Assembly (NCBI GenBank): GCA_964016885.1
Contig: OZ024743.1
Coordinates: 137,764,001-137,828,000 of the forward strand
Direction: 5' to 3'
Source of the DNA: Eledone cirrhosa
Taxonomy: Eukaryota
Length of the DNA: 64,000 nt
In this document: positions 29,410 to 43,429 of the stretch, piece after piece
Position numbering within the stretch: the stretch's first letter is position 1
Layout: each line of letters begins with the position of its first letter
Notes under the pieces: model-generated
Told to the model about the DNA's origin: nothing
The model's database searches: none
What the model saw: the letters and a program-made list of their open reading frames with translations, nothing else
Translations under genes and position numbers: made by a program

Positions 29410-30710
29410 TCAAACACCAAACAGCAAACAACAAACAACAAACGCCAAACATCAAACGCCAAACACCAAACGCCAAATAGCAAACACCAAACCGCAAACA
29501 CCAAACACCAAACAGCAAACACCAAACACCAAACAGCGAACTCCAAACAGCAAACACCAAACAGCAAACAGCAAACAGCAAACACCAAACACCAAACACC
29601 AAGCACCAAACTCCAAACACCAAGCACCAAGCACCAAGCACAAAACACCAAGCACCAAGCGCTAAACATAAAACACTAAGCACCAAGCACCAAGCACCAA
29701 GCACCAAACACCAAACATCAAACACCAATCACCAAACATCAAACAGCAAACACCAAACACCAAACGCCAAACACAAACACCAAATAGCAAACACCAAACC
29801 GCAAACACCAAACACCAAACAGCAAACACCAAACACCAAACAGCGAACACCAAACAGCAAACACCAAACAGCAAACACCAAACACCAAGCACCAAACACC
29901 AAACACCAAGCACGAAGCACCAAGCACAAAACACCAAGCACCAAGCACCAAACACCAAGCACCAAACACCAAACACCAAGCACCAAGCGCCAAACACCAA
30001 GCACCAAGCACCAAGCACGAAACACCAAGCACCAATCACCAAACACCAAACACCAAGAACCAAACACCAAACAGCAAACAACAAACAACAAACGCCAAAC
30101 ATCAAACGCCAAACACCAAACGCCAAATAGCAAACACCAAACCGCAAACACCAAACACCAAACAGCAAACACCAAACACCAAACAGCGAACTCCAAACAG
30201 CAAACACCAAACAGCAAACAGCAAACAGCAAACACCAAACACCAAACACCAAGCACCAAACTCCAAACACCAAGCACCAAGCACCAAGCACAAAACACCA
30301 AGCACCAAGCGCTAAACATAAAACACTAAGCACCAAGCACCAAGCACCAAGCACCAAACACCAAACATCAAACACCAATTACCAAACATCAAACAGCAAA
30401 CACCAAACACCAAACGCCAAACACAAACACCAAATAGCAAACACCAAACCGCAAACACCAAACACCAAACAGCAAACACCAAACACCAAACAGCGAACAC
30501 CAAACAACAAACACCAAACAGCAAACACCAAACACCAAGCACCAAACACCAAACACCAAGCACGAAGCACCAAGCACAAAACACCAAGCACCAAGCACCA
30601 AACACCAAGCACCAAACACCAAACACCAAGCACCAAGCGCCAAACACCAAGCACCAAGCACCAAGCACGAAACACCAAGCACCAATCACCAAACACCAAA
30701 CACCAAGCAC
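29410..30710 (+). repeat. 650-bp tandem duplication
   Basis: Landmark CGCTAAACATAAAA at 29660 and 30310; ORFs 29452-29658 = 30102-30308 and 29739-30035 ~ 30389-30685. Confidence 0.9.
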
Positions 30711-33700
30711 CAAACACCAAACAGCAAACACCAATCACCAAACACCAAACACCAAACAGCAAACACCAATCACCAAACACCAAACACCAAACACCAAACA
30801 GTAAACACCAAACACCAAACAGCAAACACCAAACACCAAACACCAAACAGCAAACACCAAACACCAAACACCAAACAGCAAACACCAAACAAACAGCAAA
30901 CAGCAAACACCAAGCAGCAAACACCAAACACCAAACAACAAACGCCAAACAGCAAACGCCAACCACCAGATGCCAAACAGCAAACGCCAAACAGCAAACG
31001 CCAAACAGCAAACACCAAACACCAAACAGCAAACACCAAACACCAAACACCAAATAGCAAACACCAAACAGCAAACACCAAACAGCAAACACCAAACAGC
31101 AAACACCAGACAGCAAACAGCAAACACCAAACACCAAACACCAAGCACCAAGCACCAAACACCAAGCACCAAGCAACAAGCACCAATCACCAAGCACCAA
31201 GCACTAAACACCAAACACCAAGCACCAAGCACCAAGCACCAAACAGCAAGCACCAAGCACCATGCACCAAACGCCAAGCACCAAGCACCAAACACCAAGC
31301 AACAAGCACCAAGCACCAAACACCAAGCACCAAAGACCAAGCACCAAATACCAAGCACCAAGCACCAAACACCAATCACCAAGCCCCAAGCACCAAACAC
31401 CAAACACCCAGCACCAAACACCAAACACCAAGCACCAAGCACCCAGAACAAAGCACCAAGCACCAAACACCAAACACCAAGCTCCAAGCACCAAACACCA
31501 AACACCAAGCACCAAGCACCAAGCACCAAACACCAAACACCAAGCTCCAAGCACCAAACACCAAACACCAAGCACCAAGCACCAAACACTAATCACCAAG
31601 CACCAAGCACCAAACCCCAAGCACCAAACACCAAGCACCAATCACCAAACACCAAACACCAAGAACCAAGCACCAAGCACCAAACCCCAAGCACCAAACA
31701 CCAAGCACCAATCACCAAACACCGAACACCAAGAACCAAGCACCAAGCACCAAACACCAAGCACCAAGCACCAAGCACCAAGCACCAAGCACCAAACACC
31801 AAGCACCAAGTACCACACACCAAACACCAAGCACCAAGCACCAAACACCAAACACCAAACACCAGGCACCAAGCACCAATCACCAAGCACCAAGCCCCAA
31901 GCATCAAACACCAAGCACCCAGCACCAAACACCAAACACCATGCACCAAGCACCCAGAACAAAGCACCAAGCACCAAACACCAAACACCAAGCTCCAAGC
32001 ACCAAACACCAAACACCAAGCACCAAGCACCAAGCACCAAACACCAAACACCAAGCACCAAGCACCAAACACCAAACACCAAGCACCAATCACCAAACAC
32101 CAAGCCCCAAGCGCCAAACACCAAACACCAAACACCTAGCACCAAGCACCAAGCACCGAACACCAAGCACCAAACACCAAGCACCAAGCACCAAGCACCA
32201 AGCACCAAGCACCAAACACCAATCAACAAGCCCCAAGCACCAAACACCAAGCACCAAGCACCAAACACCAAACACCAAGCACCAAGCACCCAGAACCAAA
32301 CAGCAAACACCAAACACCAAACACCAAACACCAAACAGCAAACACCAAACAGCAAACACCAAACAGCAAACAGCAAACAAGCACCAAGCACCAAACACCA
32401 AGCACCAAGCACCAAACAACAACACCAAGCACCAAGCAACAAACACCAAGCGCCAAGCACCAAACACCAAACACCAAGCTCCAAGCACCAAACACCATAC
32501 ACCAAGCACCAAGCACCAAACACCAATCACCAAGCACCAAGCACCAAACCCCAAGCACCAAACACCAAGCACCAATCACCAAACACCAAACACCCAGCAC
32601 CAAGCACCAAACACCAAGCACCAAGCACCAAGCACCAAACACCAAGCACCAAGTACCAAACACCAAACACCAAGCACCAAGTACCAAACACCAAACACCA
32701 AGCACCAAGCACCAAACACCAAACACCAAGCACCAAGCACCAAACACCAAACACCAGGCTCCAAGCACAAAACACCAAGCACCAAGCACCAAGCAACAAA
32801 CACCAAACACCAAGCACCAAACACCAAGCACCAAGCCCCAAGCACCAAACACCAAGCACCAAGCACCAAACACCAAGCACCAAGCACCAAGCACCATGCA
32901 CCAAACACCAAGCACCAAGCACCAAACAGCAAACACCAAACAGCAAACACCAAACAGCAAACACCAAACAGCAAACACCAAACACCAAGCACCAAGCACC
33001 AAACACCATACGCCAAACACCAAACACCAAGCACCAAGCACCAAACACCAGGCACCAAGCACCAAAGACCAAACACCAAGCACCAAGCACGAAACACCAA
33101 GCACCAAGCACCGAGCACCAAACACCAAACACCAAACACCAAGCACCAAGCACCAAACACCAAACACCAAGAACCAAGCACCAAACACCAAATACCAAGC
33201 ACCAAGCACTAAACACCAAACACCAAGCACCAAACACCAAGCACCAAGCACCAAGCACCAAGCACCAAACACAAAACACCAAGTACCAAGCACCAAGCAC
33301 CAAACACCAAACACCAAACACCAAGCACCAAGCACCAAACACCAAACACCAAGCACCAAGCACCAGAGACCAAGCACCAAGCACCAAGGTCCAAACACCA
33401 AACACCAAACACCAGGCACAAAGCACCAAACACCAAGCACCAAGCACCAAACACCAAAGACCAAGCACAAAGCACCAAAGAGCAAAAACAAAGCACCAAG
33501 CACCAAACACCAAACAGCAAACACCAAACACCAAATAGCAAACACCAAAGGGCAAACTCCAAACACCAAACAGCAAACACAAAACACCAAACAGCAAACA
33601 ACAAACAGCAAACAGCAAACGGCAAACAGCAAACAGCAAACACCAAACACCAAGCATCAAGCACCAAGCACCAAACACCAACACCAAGCACCAAGCACCA

Positions 33701-33748
33701 AACACCAAGCACCAAGCACCAAACACCAAACACCAAGCTCCAAGCACC

Positions 33749-33761
33749 AAAAAAAAAAAAA
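33749..33761 (+). repeat. Poly(A) tract A13, same flanks as 29326
   Basis: ...CTCCAAGCACC-A13-CACCAAGCACCAAACCCCAAG... Confidence 0.95.
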
Positions 33762-36700
33762 CACCAAGCACCAAACCCCAAGCACCAAACACCAAGCACA
33801 AAACACCAAGCACCAAGCACCAAACACCAAACATCAAACAGCAATCACCAAACATCAAACAGCAAACACCAAACACCAAACACCAAACATCAAACACCAA
33901 ACAGCAAACAACAAACAACAAACGCCAAACATCAAACGCCAAACACCAAACGCCAAATAGCAAACACCAAACCGCAAACACCAAACACCAAACAGCAAAC
34001 ACCAAACAGCGAACTCCAAACAGCAAAGACCAAGCAGCAAACAGCAAACAGCAAACACCAAACACCAAACACCAAGCACCAAACTCCAAACACCAAGCAC
34101 CAAGCACCAAGCACAAAACACCAAGCACCAAGCGCTAAATATAAAACACTAAGCACCAAGCACCAAGCACCAAGCACCAAACACCAAACATCAAACACCA
34201 ATCACCAAACATCAAACAGCAAACACCAAACACCAAACACCAAACATCAAACACCAAATAGCAAACAACAAACAACAAACGCCAAACATCAAACGCCAAA
34301 CACAAACACCAAATAGCAAACACCAAACCGCAAACACCAAACTCCAAACAGCAAACACCAAACACCAAACAGCGAACACCAAACAGCAAACACCAACAGC
34401 AAACACCAAACACCAAGCACCAAACACCAAACACCAAGCACGAAGCACCAAGCACAAAACACCAAGCACCAAGCACCAAACACCAAGCACCAAACACCAA
34501 ACACCAAGCACCAAGCGCCAAACACCAAGCACCAAGCACCAAGCACGAAACACCAAGCACCAATCACCAAACACCAAACACCAAGCACCAAACACCAAAC
34601 AGCAAACACCAATCACCAAACACCAAACACCAAACACCAAACAGTAAACACCAAACACCAAACAGCAAACACCAAACACCAAACACCAAACAGCAAACAC
34701 CAAACACCAAACACCAAACAGCAAACACCAAACAAACAGCAAACAGCAAACACCAAGCAGCAAACACCAAACAGCAAACACCAAACACCAAACACCAAAT
34801 AGCAAACACCAAACAGCAAACACCAAACAGCAAACACCAAACAGCAAACACCAGACAGCAAACAGCAAACACCAAACACCAAACACCAAGCACCAAGCAC
34901 CAAACACCAAGCACCAAGCAACAAGCACCAATCACCAAGCACCAAGCACTAAACACCAAACACCAAGCACCAAGCACCAAGCACCAAACAGCAAGCACCA
35001 AGCACCATGCACCAAACGCCAAGCACCAAGCACCAAACACCAAGCACCAAGCACCAAGCACCAAACACCAAGCACCAAAGACCAAGCACCAAATACCAAG
35101 CACCAAGCACCAAACACCAATCACCAAGCACCAAGCACCAAACACCAAGAACCAAGCACCAATCACTAAACACCAAACACCAAGCACCAAGCACCAAACA
35201 CCAAACACCAAGCACCATGTACCAAACACCAAACACCAAACACCAAGCACCAAGCACCAAATCCCAAGCACCAAACACCAAGCACCAAGCACCAAACACC
35301 AAACACCAAGCACGAAGCACCAAGCATCAAATACCAAACACCAAACACCGAGCACCACACATCAAACACCAAGCGCGAAGCACCAATCGCCAAGCACCAA
35401 GCACCAAGCAATAAACACAAAGCACCAAGCACCAAGCACCAAGCACCAAGCACCAAACACCAAGCACCAAGCACCCAACACCAAACACCAATCACCAAGC
35501 ACCAAAGAGCAAACACGAAGCCCCAAGCACCAAACACCCAACACCAAACACCAAACATCAAACACCAATCACGAATCACAAAACACCAAACACCAAACAT
35601 CAAACACCAATCACGAATCACCAAGCACCAAACACCAAACACCAAGCACCAAGCACCAAGCACCAAACACCAAACACCAAGCACCAAGCACTAAACACCA
35701 AACACCAAGCACCAAGCACCAAGCACCAAACACCAAGCACCAAGCACCAAGCACCAAACACCAAGCACCAAGCACCAAACACCAAACACCAAGCACCAAA
35801 CACCAAGCACCAAACAGCAAGCACCAAGCACCAAGCACCAGACACCAAGCACCAAGCACCAAACACCAAACACCAAGCACCAAGCACTAAACACCAAACA
35901 CCAAGCACCAAGCACCAAGCACCAAGCACCAAGCACCAAGCACCAAGCACCAAGCACCAAGCACCAAGCACCAAGCACCAAACACCAAGCACCAAGCACC
36001 AAACAGCAAACACCAAGCACCAAACACCAAACACCAAGCACCAAGCACCAAACACCAAACACCAAACACCAAGCACCAAGCCCCAAGCACCAAACACCAA
36101 GCACCAAGCACCAAACACCAAGCACGAAGCACCAAGCACCATGCACCAAACACCAAGCACCAAGCACCAAACAGCAAACACCAAACAGCAAACACCAAAC
36201 ACCAAACACCAACCAGCAAACACCAAACACCAAACACCAAACAGCAAACACCAAACAGCAAACACCAAACAGCAAACACCAAACACCAAACACCAAACAG
36301 CAAATGCCAAAAAGCAAACGCCAAACCCCAAACGCCAAACAGCAAATGCCAAACCCCAAACGCCAAACAGCAAACGCCAAGCGCCAAACGCCAAACACCA
36401 AGTGCCAAGCACCAAACACCAAACACCAAGCACCAAGCACCAAGCACCAAACACCAAACACCAAGCACCAAGTACCAAACACCAAACACCAAGCACCAAA
36501 CACCAAACAGCAAACGCCAAAAAGCAAATGCCAAACCCCAAACGCCAAACAGCAAACGCCAAGCACCAAACACCAAACACCAAGCGCCAAGCACCAAACA
36601 CCAAACACCAAGCACCAAGCACCAAACACCAAACACCAAGCACCAATCACCAAACACCAAGCACCAAGCGCCAATCACCAAACACCAAACACCTAGCACC

Positions 36701-38049
36701 AAGCACCAAGCACCAAACACCAAGTATCAAACACCAATCACCAAGCCCCAAGCACCAAACACCAAGCGCCAAGCACCAAACACCAAACACCAAGCACCAA
36801 GCACCCAGAACCAAGCACCAAGCACCAAACACCAAGCACCAAGCACCGAGCACCAAACACCAAGAACCAAGCACCAAGCTCTAAACACCAAACACCAAAC
36901 ACCAAACACCAAACAGCAAATGCCAAAAAGCAAACGCCAAACCCCAAACCCCAAACGCCAAACAGCAAACGCCAAGCGCCAAACGCCAAACACCAAGCGC
37001 CAAGCACCAAACACCAAACACCAAGCACCAAGCACCAAACACCAAACACCAAGCACCAAGTACCAAACACCAAACACCAAGCACCAAACACCAAACAGCA
37101 AACGCCAAAAAGAAAACGCCAAACCCCATACGCCAAACAGCAAATGCCAAACCCCAAACGCCAAACAGCAAACGCCAAGCACCGAACACCAAACACCAAG
37201 CGCCAAGCACCAAACACCAAACACCTAGCACCAAGCACCAAGCACCAAACACCAAGTACCAAACACCAATCACCAAGTCCCAAGCACCAAACACCAAGCA
37301 CCAAGCACCAAACACCAAACACCAAGCACCAAGCACCCAGAACCAAGCACCAAGCACCAAACACCAAGCACCAAGCACCGAGCACCAAACACCAAGAACC
37401 AAGCACCAAGCACTAAACACCAAACACCAAACACCAAGCGCCAAGCACCAAACACCAAACACCAAGCACCAAGCACCAAACACCAAACACCAAGCACAAA
37501 TCACCAAACACCAAACACCAAGCGCCAAACACCAAACACCAAACACCTAGCACCAAGCACCAAGCACCAAACACCAAGCACCAAACAACAAGCACCAAGC
37601 ACCAAGCACCAAGCACCAAACACCAATCACCAAGCCCCAAGCATCAAACACCAAGCACCCAGCACCAAACACCAAACACCAAGCACCAAGCACCCAGAAC
37701 AAAGCACCAAGCACCAAACACCAAACACCAAGCACCAAACCCCAAGCACCAAACACCAAGCACCAATCACCAAACACCGAACACCAAGAACCAAGCACCA
37801 AGCACCAAACACCAAGCACCAAGCACCAAGCACCAAGCACCAAGCACCAAACACCAAGCACCAAGAACCACACACCAAACACCAAGCACCAAGCTCCAAA
37901 CACCAAACACCAAACACCTGGCACCAAGCACCAATCACCAAGCACCAAGCAAAAACACAAAGCACCAAGCACCAAGCACCAAACACCAAACACCAAACAC
38001 CAAGCCGAAATCACCAAAGAGCAAAAACAAAACACCAAGCACCAAAGAC

Positions 38050-41000
38050 CAAACACCAAGCACCAAACACCAAACACCAAACACCAAACACCAAACAGCA
38101 AACACCAAACACCAAATAGCAAAAACCAAAGAGCAAACTCCAAGCACCAAACAGCAAACACAAAACACCAAACAGCAAACAGCAAACAGCAAACTCCAAA
38201 CACCAAACACCAAGCACCAAGCACCAAATCCCAAGCACCAAACACCAAGCACCAATCACCAAACACCAAGCACCAAGCACCAAACACCAAACACCAAGCA
38301 CCAAGTACCAAACACCAAACACGAAGCACCAAACACTAAACAGCAAACGCAAAAAAGCAAATGCCAAACCCCAAACGCCAAACAGCAAACGCCCAGCACC
38401 AAACACCAAACACCAAGCGCCAAGCACCAAACACCAAACACCAAGCACCAAGCACCAAACACCAAACACCAAGCACAAATCACCAAACACCAAACACCAA
38501 GCGCCAAACACCAAACACCAAACACCTAGCACCAAGCACCAAGCACCAAACACCAAGCACCAAACACCAAGCACCAAGCACCAAGCACCAAGCACCAAGC
38601 ACCAAACACCAATCACCAAGCCCCAAGCATCAAACACCAAGCACCCAGCACCAAACACCAGACACCAAGCACCAAGCACCCAGAACAAAGCACCAAGCAC
38701 CAAACACCAAACACCAAGCTCCAAGCACCAAACACCAAACACCAAGCACCAAGCACCAAGCACCAAACACCAAACACCAAGCACCAAGCACCAAACACCA
38801 AACACCAAGCACCAATCACCAAACACCAAGCCCCAAGCGCCAAACACCAAACACCAAACACCTAGCACCAAGCACCAAGCACCGAACACCAAGCACCAAA
38901 CACCAAGCACCAAGCACCAAGCACCAAGCACCAAGCACCAAACACCAATCACCAAGCCCCAAGCACCAAACACCAAGCACCAAGCACCAAACACCAAACA
39001 CCAAGCACCAAGCACCCAGAACCAAACAGCAAACACCAAACACCAAACACCAAACACCAAACACCAAACAGCAAACACCAAACAGCAAACACCAAACAGC
39101 AAACAGCAAACAAACACCAAGCACCAAACACCAAGCACCAAGCACCAAACAACAACACCAAGCACCAAGCACCAAACACCAAGTGCCAAGCACCAAACAC
39201 CAAACACCAAGCTCCAAGCACCAAACACCATACACCAAGCACCAAGCACCAAACACCAATCACCAAGCACCAAGCACCAAACCCCAAGCACCAAACACCA
39301 AGCACCAATCACCAAACACCAAACACCCAGCACCAAGCACCAAACACCAAGCACCAAGCACCAAGCACCAAACACCAAGCACCAAGTACCAAACACCAAA
39401 CACCAAGCACCAAGTACCAAACACCAAACACCAAGCACCAAGCACCAAACACCAAACACCAAGCACCAAGCACCAAACACCAAACACCAGGCTCCAAGCA
39501 CAAAACACCAAGCACCAAGCACCAAGCAACAAACACCAAACACCAAGCACCAAACACCAAGCACCAAGCCCCAAGCACCAAACACCAAGCACCAAGCACC
39601 AAACACCAAGCACCAAGCACCAAGCACCATGCACCAAACACCAAGCACCAAGCACCAAACAGCAAACACCAAACAGCAAACACCAAACAGCAAACACCAA
39701 ACAGCAAACACCAAACACCAAGCACCAAGCACCAAACACCATACGCCAAACACCAAACACCAAGCACCAAGCACCAAACACCAAGCACCAAGCACCAAAG
39801 ACCAAACACCAAGCACCAAGCACGAAACACCAAGCACCAAGCACCGAGCACCAAACACCAAACACCAAACACCAAGCACCAAGCACCAAACACCAAACAC
39901 CAAGAAGCAAGCACCAAACACCAAATACCAAGCACCAAGCACTAAACACCAAACACCAAGCACCAACCACCAAGCACCAAGCACCAAGCACCAAGCACCA
40001 AACACAAAACACCAAGTACCAAGCACCAAGCACCAAACACCAAACACCAAACACCAAGCACCAAGCACCAAACACCAAACACCAAGCACCAAGCACCAGA
40101 GACCAAGCACCAAGCACCAAGGACCAAACACCAAACACCAAACACCAGGCACAAAGCACCAAACACCAAGCACCAAGCACCAAACACCAAAGACCAAGCA
40201 CAAAGCACCAAAGAGCAAAAACAAAGCACCAAGCACCAAACACCAAACACCAAACACCAAACAGCAAACACCAAACACCAAATAGCAAACACCAAAGGGC
40301 AAACTCCAAACACCAAACAGCAAACACAAAACACCAAACAGCAAACAACAAACAGCAAACAGCAAACAGCAAACAGCAAAAAGCAAACACCAAACACCAA
40401 GCACCAAGCACCAAGCACCAAACACCAACACCAAGCACCAAGCACCAAACACCAAGCACCAAGCACCAAACACCAAACACCAAGCTCCAAGCACCAAAAA
40501 AAAAAAACACCACGCACCAAACCCCAAGCACCAAACACCAAGCACAAAACACCAAGCACCAAGCACCAAACACCAAACACCAAGCACCAAGCACCAGAGA
40601 CCAAGCACCAAGCACCAAGGACCAAACACCAAGCACCAAACACCAGGCACAAAGCACCAAACACCAAGCACCAAGCAGCAAACACCAAAGACCAAGCACA
40701 AAGCACCAAAGAGCAAAAACAAAGCACCAAGCACCAAACACCAAACACCAAACACCAAACAGCAAACACCAAACACCAAATAGCAAAAACCAAAGAGCAA
40801 ACTCCAAGCACCAAACAGCAAACACAAAACACCAAACAGCAAACAGCAAACAGCAAACTCCAAACACCAAACACCAAGCACCAAGCACCAAATCCCAAGC
40901 ACCAAACACCAAGCACCAATCACCAAACACCAAGCACCAAGCACCAAACACCAAACACCAAGCACCAAGTACCAAACACCAAACACCAAGCACCAAACAC

Positions 41001-42400
41001 TAAACAGCAAACGCAAAAAAGCAAATGCCAAACCCCAAACGCCAAACAGCAAACGCCCAGCACCAAACACCAAACACCAAGCGCCAAGCACCAAACACCA
41101 AACACCAAGCACCAAGCACCAAACACCAAACACCAAGCACAAATCACCAAACACCAAACACCAAGCGCCAAACACCAAACACCAAACACCTAGCACCAAG
41201 CACCAAGCACCAAACACCAAGCACCAAACACCAAGCACCAGGCACCAAGCACCAAGCACCAAGCACCAAACACCAATCACCAAGCCCCAAGCATCAAACA
41301 CCAAGCACCCAGCACCAAACACCAGACACCAAGCATCAAGCACCCAGAACAAAGCACCAAGCACCAAACACCAAACACCAAGCTCCAAGCACCAAACACC
41401 AAACACCAAGCACCAAGCACCAAGCACCAAACATCAAACACCAAGCACCAAGCACCAAACACCAAACACCAAGCACCAATCACCAAACACCAAGCCCCAA
41501 GCGCCAAACACCAAACACCAAACACCTAGCACCAAGCACCAAGCACCGAACACCAAGCACCAAACACCAAGCACCAAGCACCAAGCACCAAGCACCAAGC
41601 ACCAAACACCAATCACCAAGCCCCAAGCACCAAACACCAAGCACCAAGCACCAAACACCAAACACCAAGCACCAAGCACCCAGAACAAAACAGCAAACAC
41701 CAAACACCAAACACCAAACACCAAACATCAAACACCAAACAGCAAACACCAAACAGCAAACAGCAAACAAACACCAAGCACCAAACACCAAGCACCAAGC
41801 ACCAAACAACAACACCAAGCACCAAGCACCAAACACCAAGCGCCAAGCACCAAACACCAAACACCAAGCTCCAAGCACCAAACACCATACACCAAGCACC
41901 AAGCACCAAACACCAATCACCAAGCACCAAGCACCAAACCCCAAGCACCAAACACCAAGCACCAATCACCAAACACCAAACACCCAGCACCAAGCACCAA
42001 ACACCAAGCACCAAGCACCAAGCACCAAACACCAAGCACCAAGTACCAAACACCAAACACCAAGCACCAAGTACCAAACACCAAACACCAAGCACCAAGC
42101 ACCAAACACCAAACACCAAGCACCAAGCACCAAACACCAAACACCAGGCTCCAAGCACAAAACACCAAGCACCAAGCACCAAGCAACAAACACCAAACAC
42201 CAAGCACCAAACACCAAGCACCAAGCCCCAAGCACCAAACACCAAGCACCAAGCACCAAACACCAAGCACCAAGCACCAAGCACCATGCACCAAACACCA
42301 AGCACCAAGCACCAAACAGCAAACACCAAACAGCAAACACCAAACAGCAAACACCAAACAGCAAACACCAAACACCAAGCACCAAGCACCAAGGACCAAA
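38050..42400 (+). repeat. ~2.66 kb-offset duplication (~38.05-39.7 kb recurs at ~40.7-42.4 kb)
   Basis: ORFs 38256-38525 vs 40920-41189 and 38613-38861 vs 41277-41525 (offset 2664); rare CACCAGA variant shared at ~38655/41320. Confidence 0.85.
40496..40507 (+). repeat. Poly(A) tract A12, homologous flanks
   Basis: ...CTCCAAGCACC-A12-CACCACGCACCAAACCCCAAG... Confidence 0.95.
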
Positions 42401-42690
42401 CACCAAACACCAAACACCAGGCACAAAGCACCAAACACCAAGCACCAAGCACCAAACACCAAACACCAAACACCAAATAGCAAACACCAAAGGGCAAACT
42501 CCAAACACCAAACAGCAAACACAAAACACCAAACAGCAAACAACAAGCAGCAAACAGCAAACAGCAAACAGCAAACAGCAAAAACCAAACACCAAGCACC
42601 AAGCACCAAGCACCAAACACCAACACCAAGCACCAAGCACCAAACACCAAGCACCAAGCACCAAACACCAAACACCAAGCTCCAAGCACC

Positions 42691-42703
42691 AAAAAAAAAA
42701 AAA
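42691..42703 (+). repeat. Poly(A) tract A13, homologous flanks
   Basis: ...CTCCAAGCACC-A13-CACCAAGCACCAAACCCCAAG... Confidence 0.95.
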
Positions 42704-43429
42704 CACCAAGCACCAAACCCCAAGCACCAAACACCAAGCACAAAACACCAAGCACCAAGCACCAAACACCAAACATCAAACAGCAATCACCAAACATCAA
42801 ACAGCAAACACCAAACACCAAACACCAAACATCAAACACCAAACAGCAAACAACAAACAACAAACGCCAAACATCAAACGCCAAACACCAAACGCCAAAT
42901 AGCAAACACCAAACCGCAAACACCAAACACCAAACAGCAAACACCAAACACCAAACAGCGAACTCCAAACAGCAAACACCAAACAGCAAACAGCAAACAG
43001 CAAACACCAAACACCAAAACACCAAGCACCAAACTCCAAACACCAAGCACCAAGCACCAAGCACAAAACACCAAGCACCAAGCGCTAAACATAAAACACT
43101 AAGCACCAAGCACCAAGCACCAAGCACCAAACACCAAACATCAAACACCAATCACCAAACATCAAACAGCAAACACCAAACACCAAACACCAAACATCAA
43201 ACACCAAATAGCAAACAACAAACAACAAACGCCAAACATCAAACGCCAAACACAAACACCAAATAGCAAACACCAAACCGCAAACACCAAACACCAAACA
43301 GCAAACACCAAACACCAAACAGCGAACACCAAACAGCAAACACCAAACAGCAAACACCAAACACCAAGCACCAAACACCAAACACCAAGCACGAAGCACC
43401 AAGCACAAAACACCAAGCACCAAGCACCA

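Noticed and set aside
34133-34153. TATAAAA (TATA-box-like) in one copy of the landmark
   Set aside because: It is a single C>T variant of CATAAAA found in one of ten copies, with no downstream gene; chance is sufficient.
38011-41430. 1139-aa minus-strand ORF and hundreds of other W/C/L/V/G-rich ORFs resembling membrane proteins
   Set aside because: All three minus frames give the same WCLVLGA/WCLVFGV 7-aa repeat and overlap each other. Stops arise only at rare variants. There is no unique domain, so these are translation artefacts of YTTGGTG.
29326-42703. Poly(A) tracts as tails of LINE/SINE insertions
   Set aside because: No element body lies upstream; both flanks are pure satellite. Not called as mobile elements and kept only as a finding.
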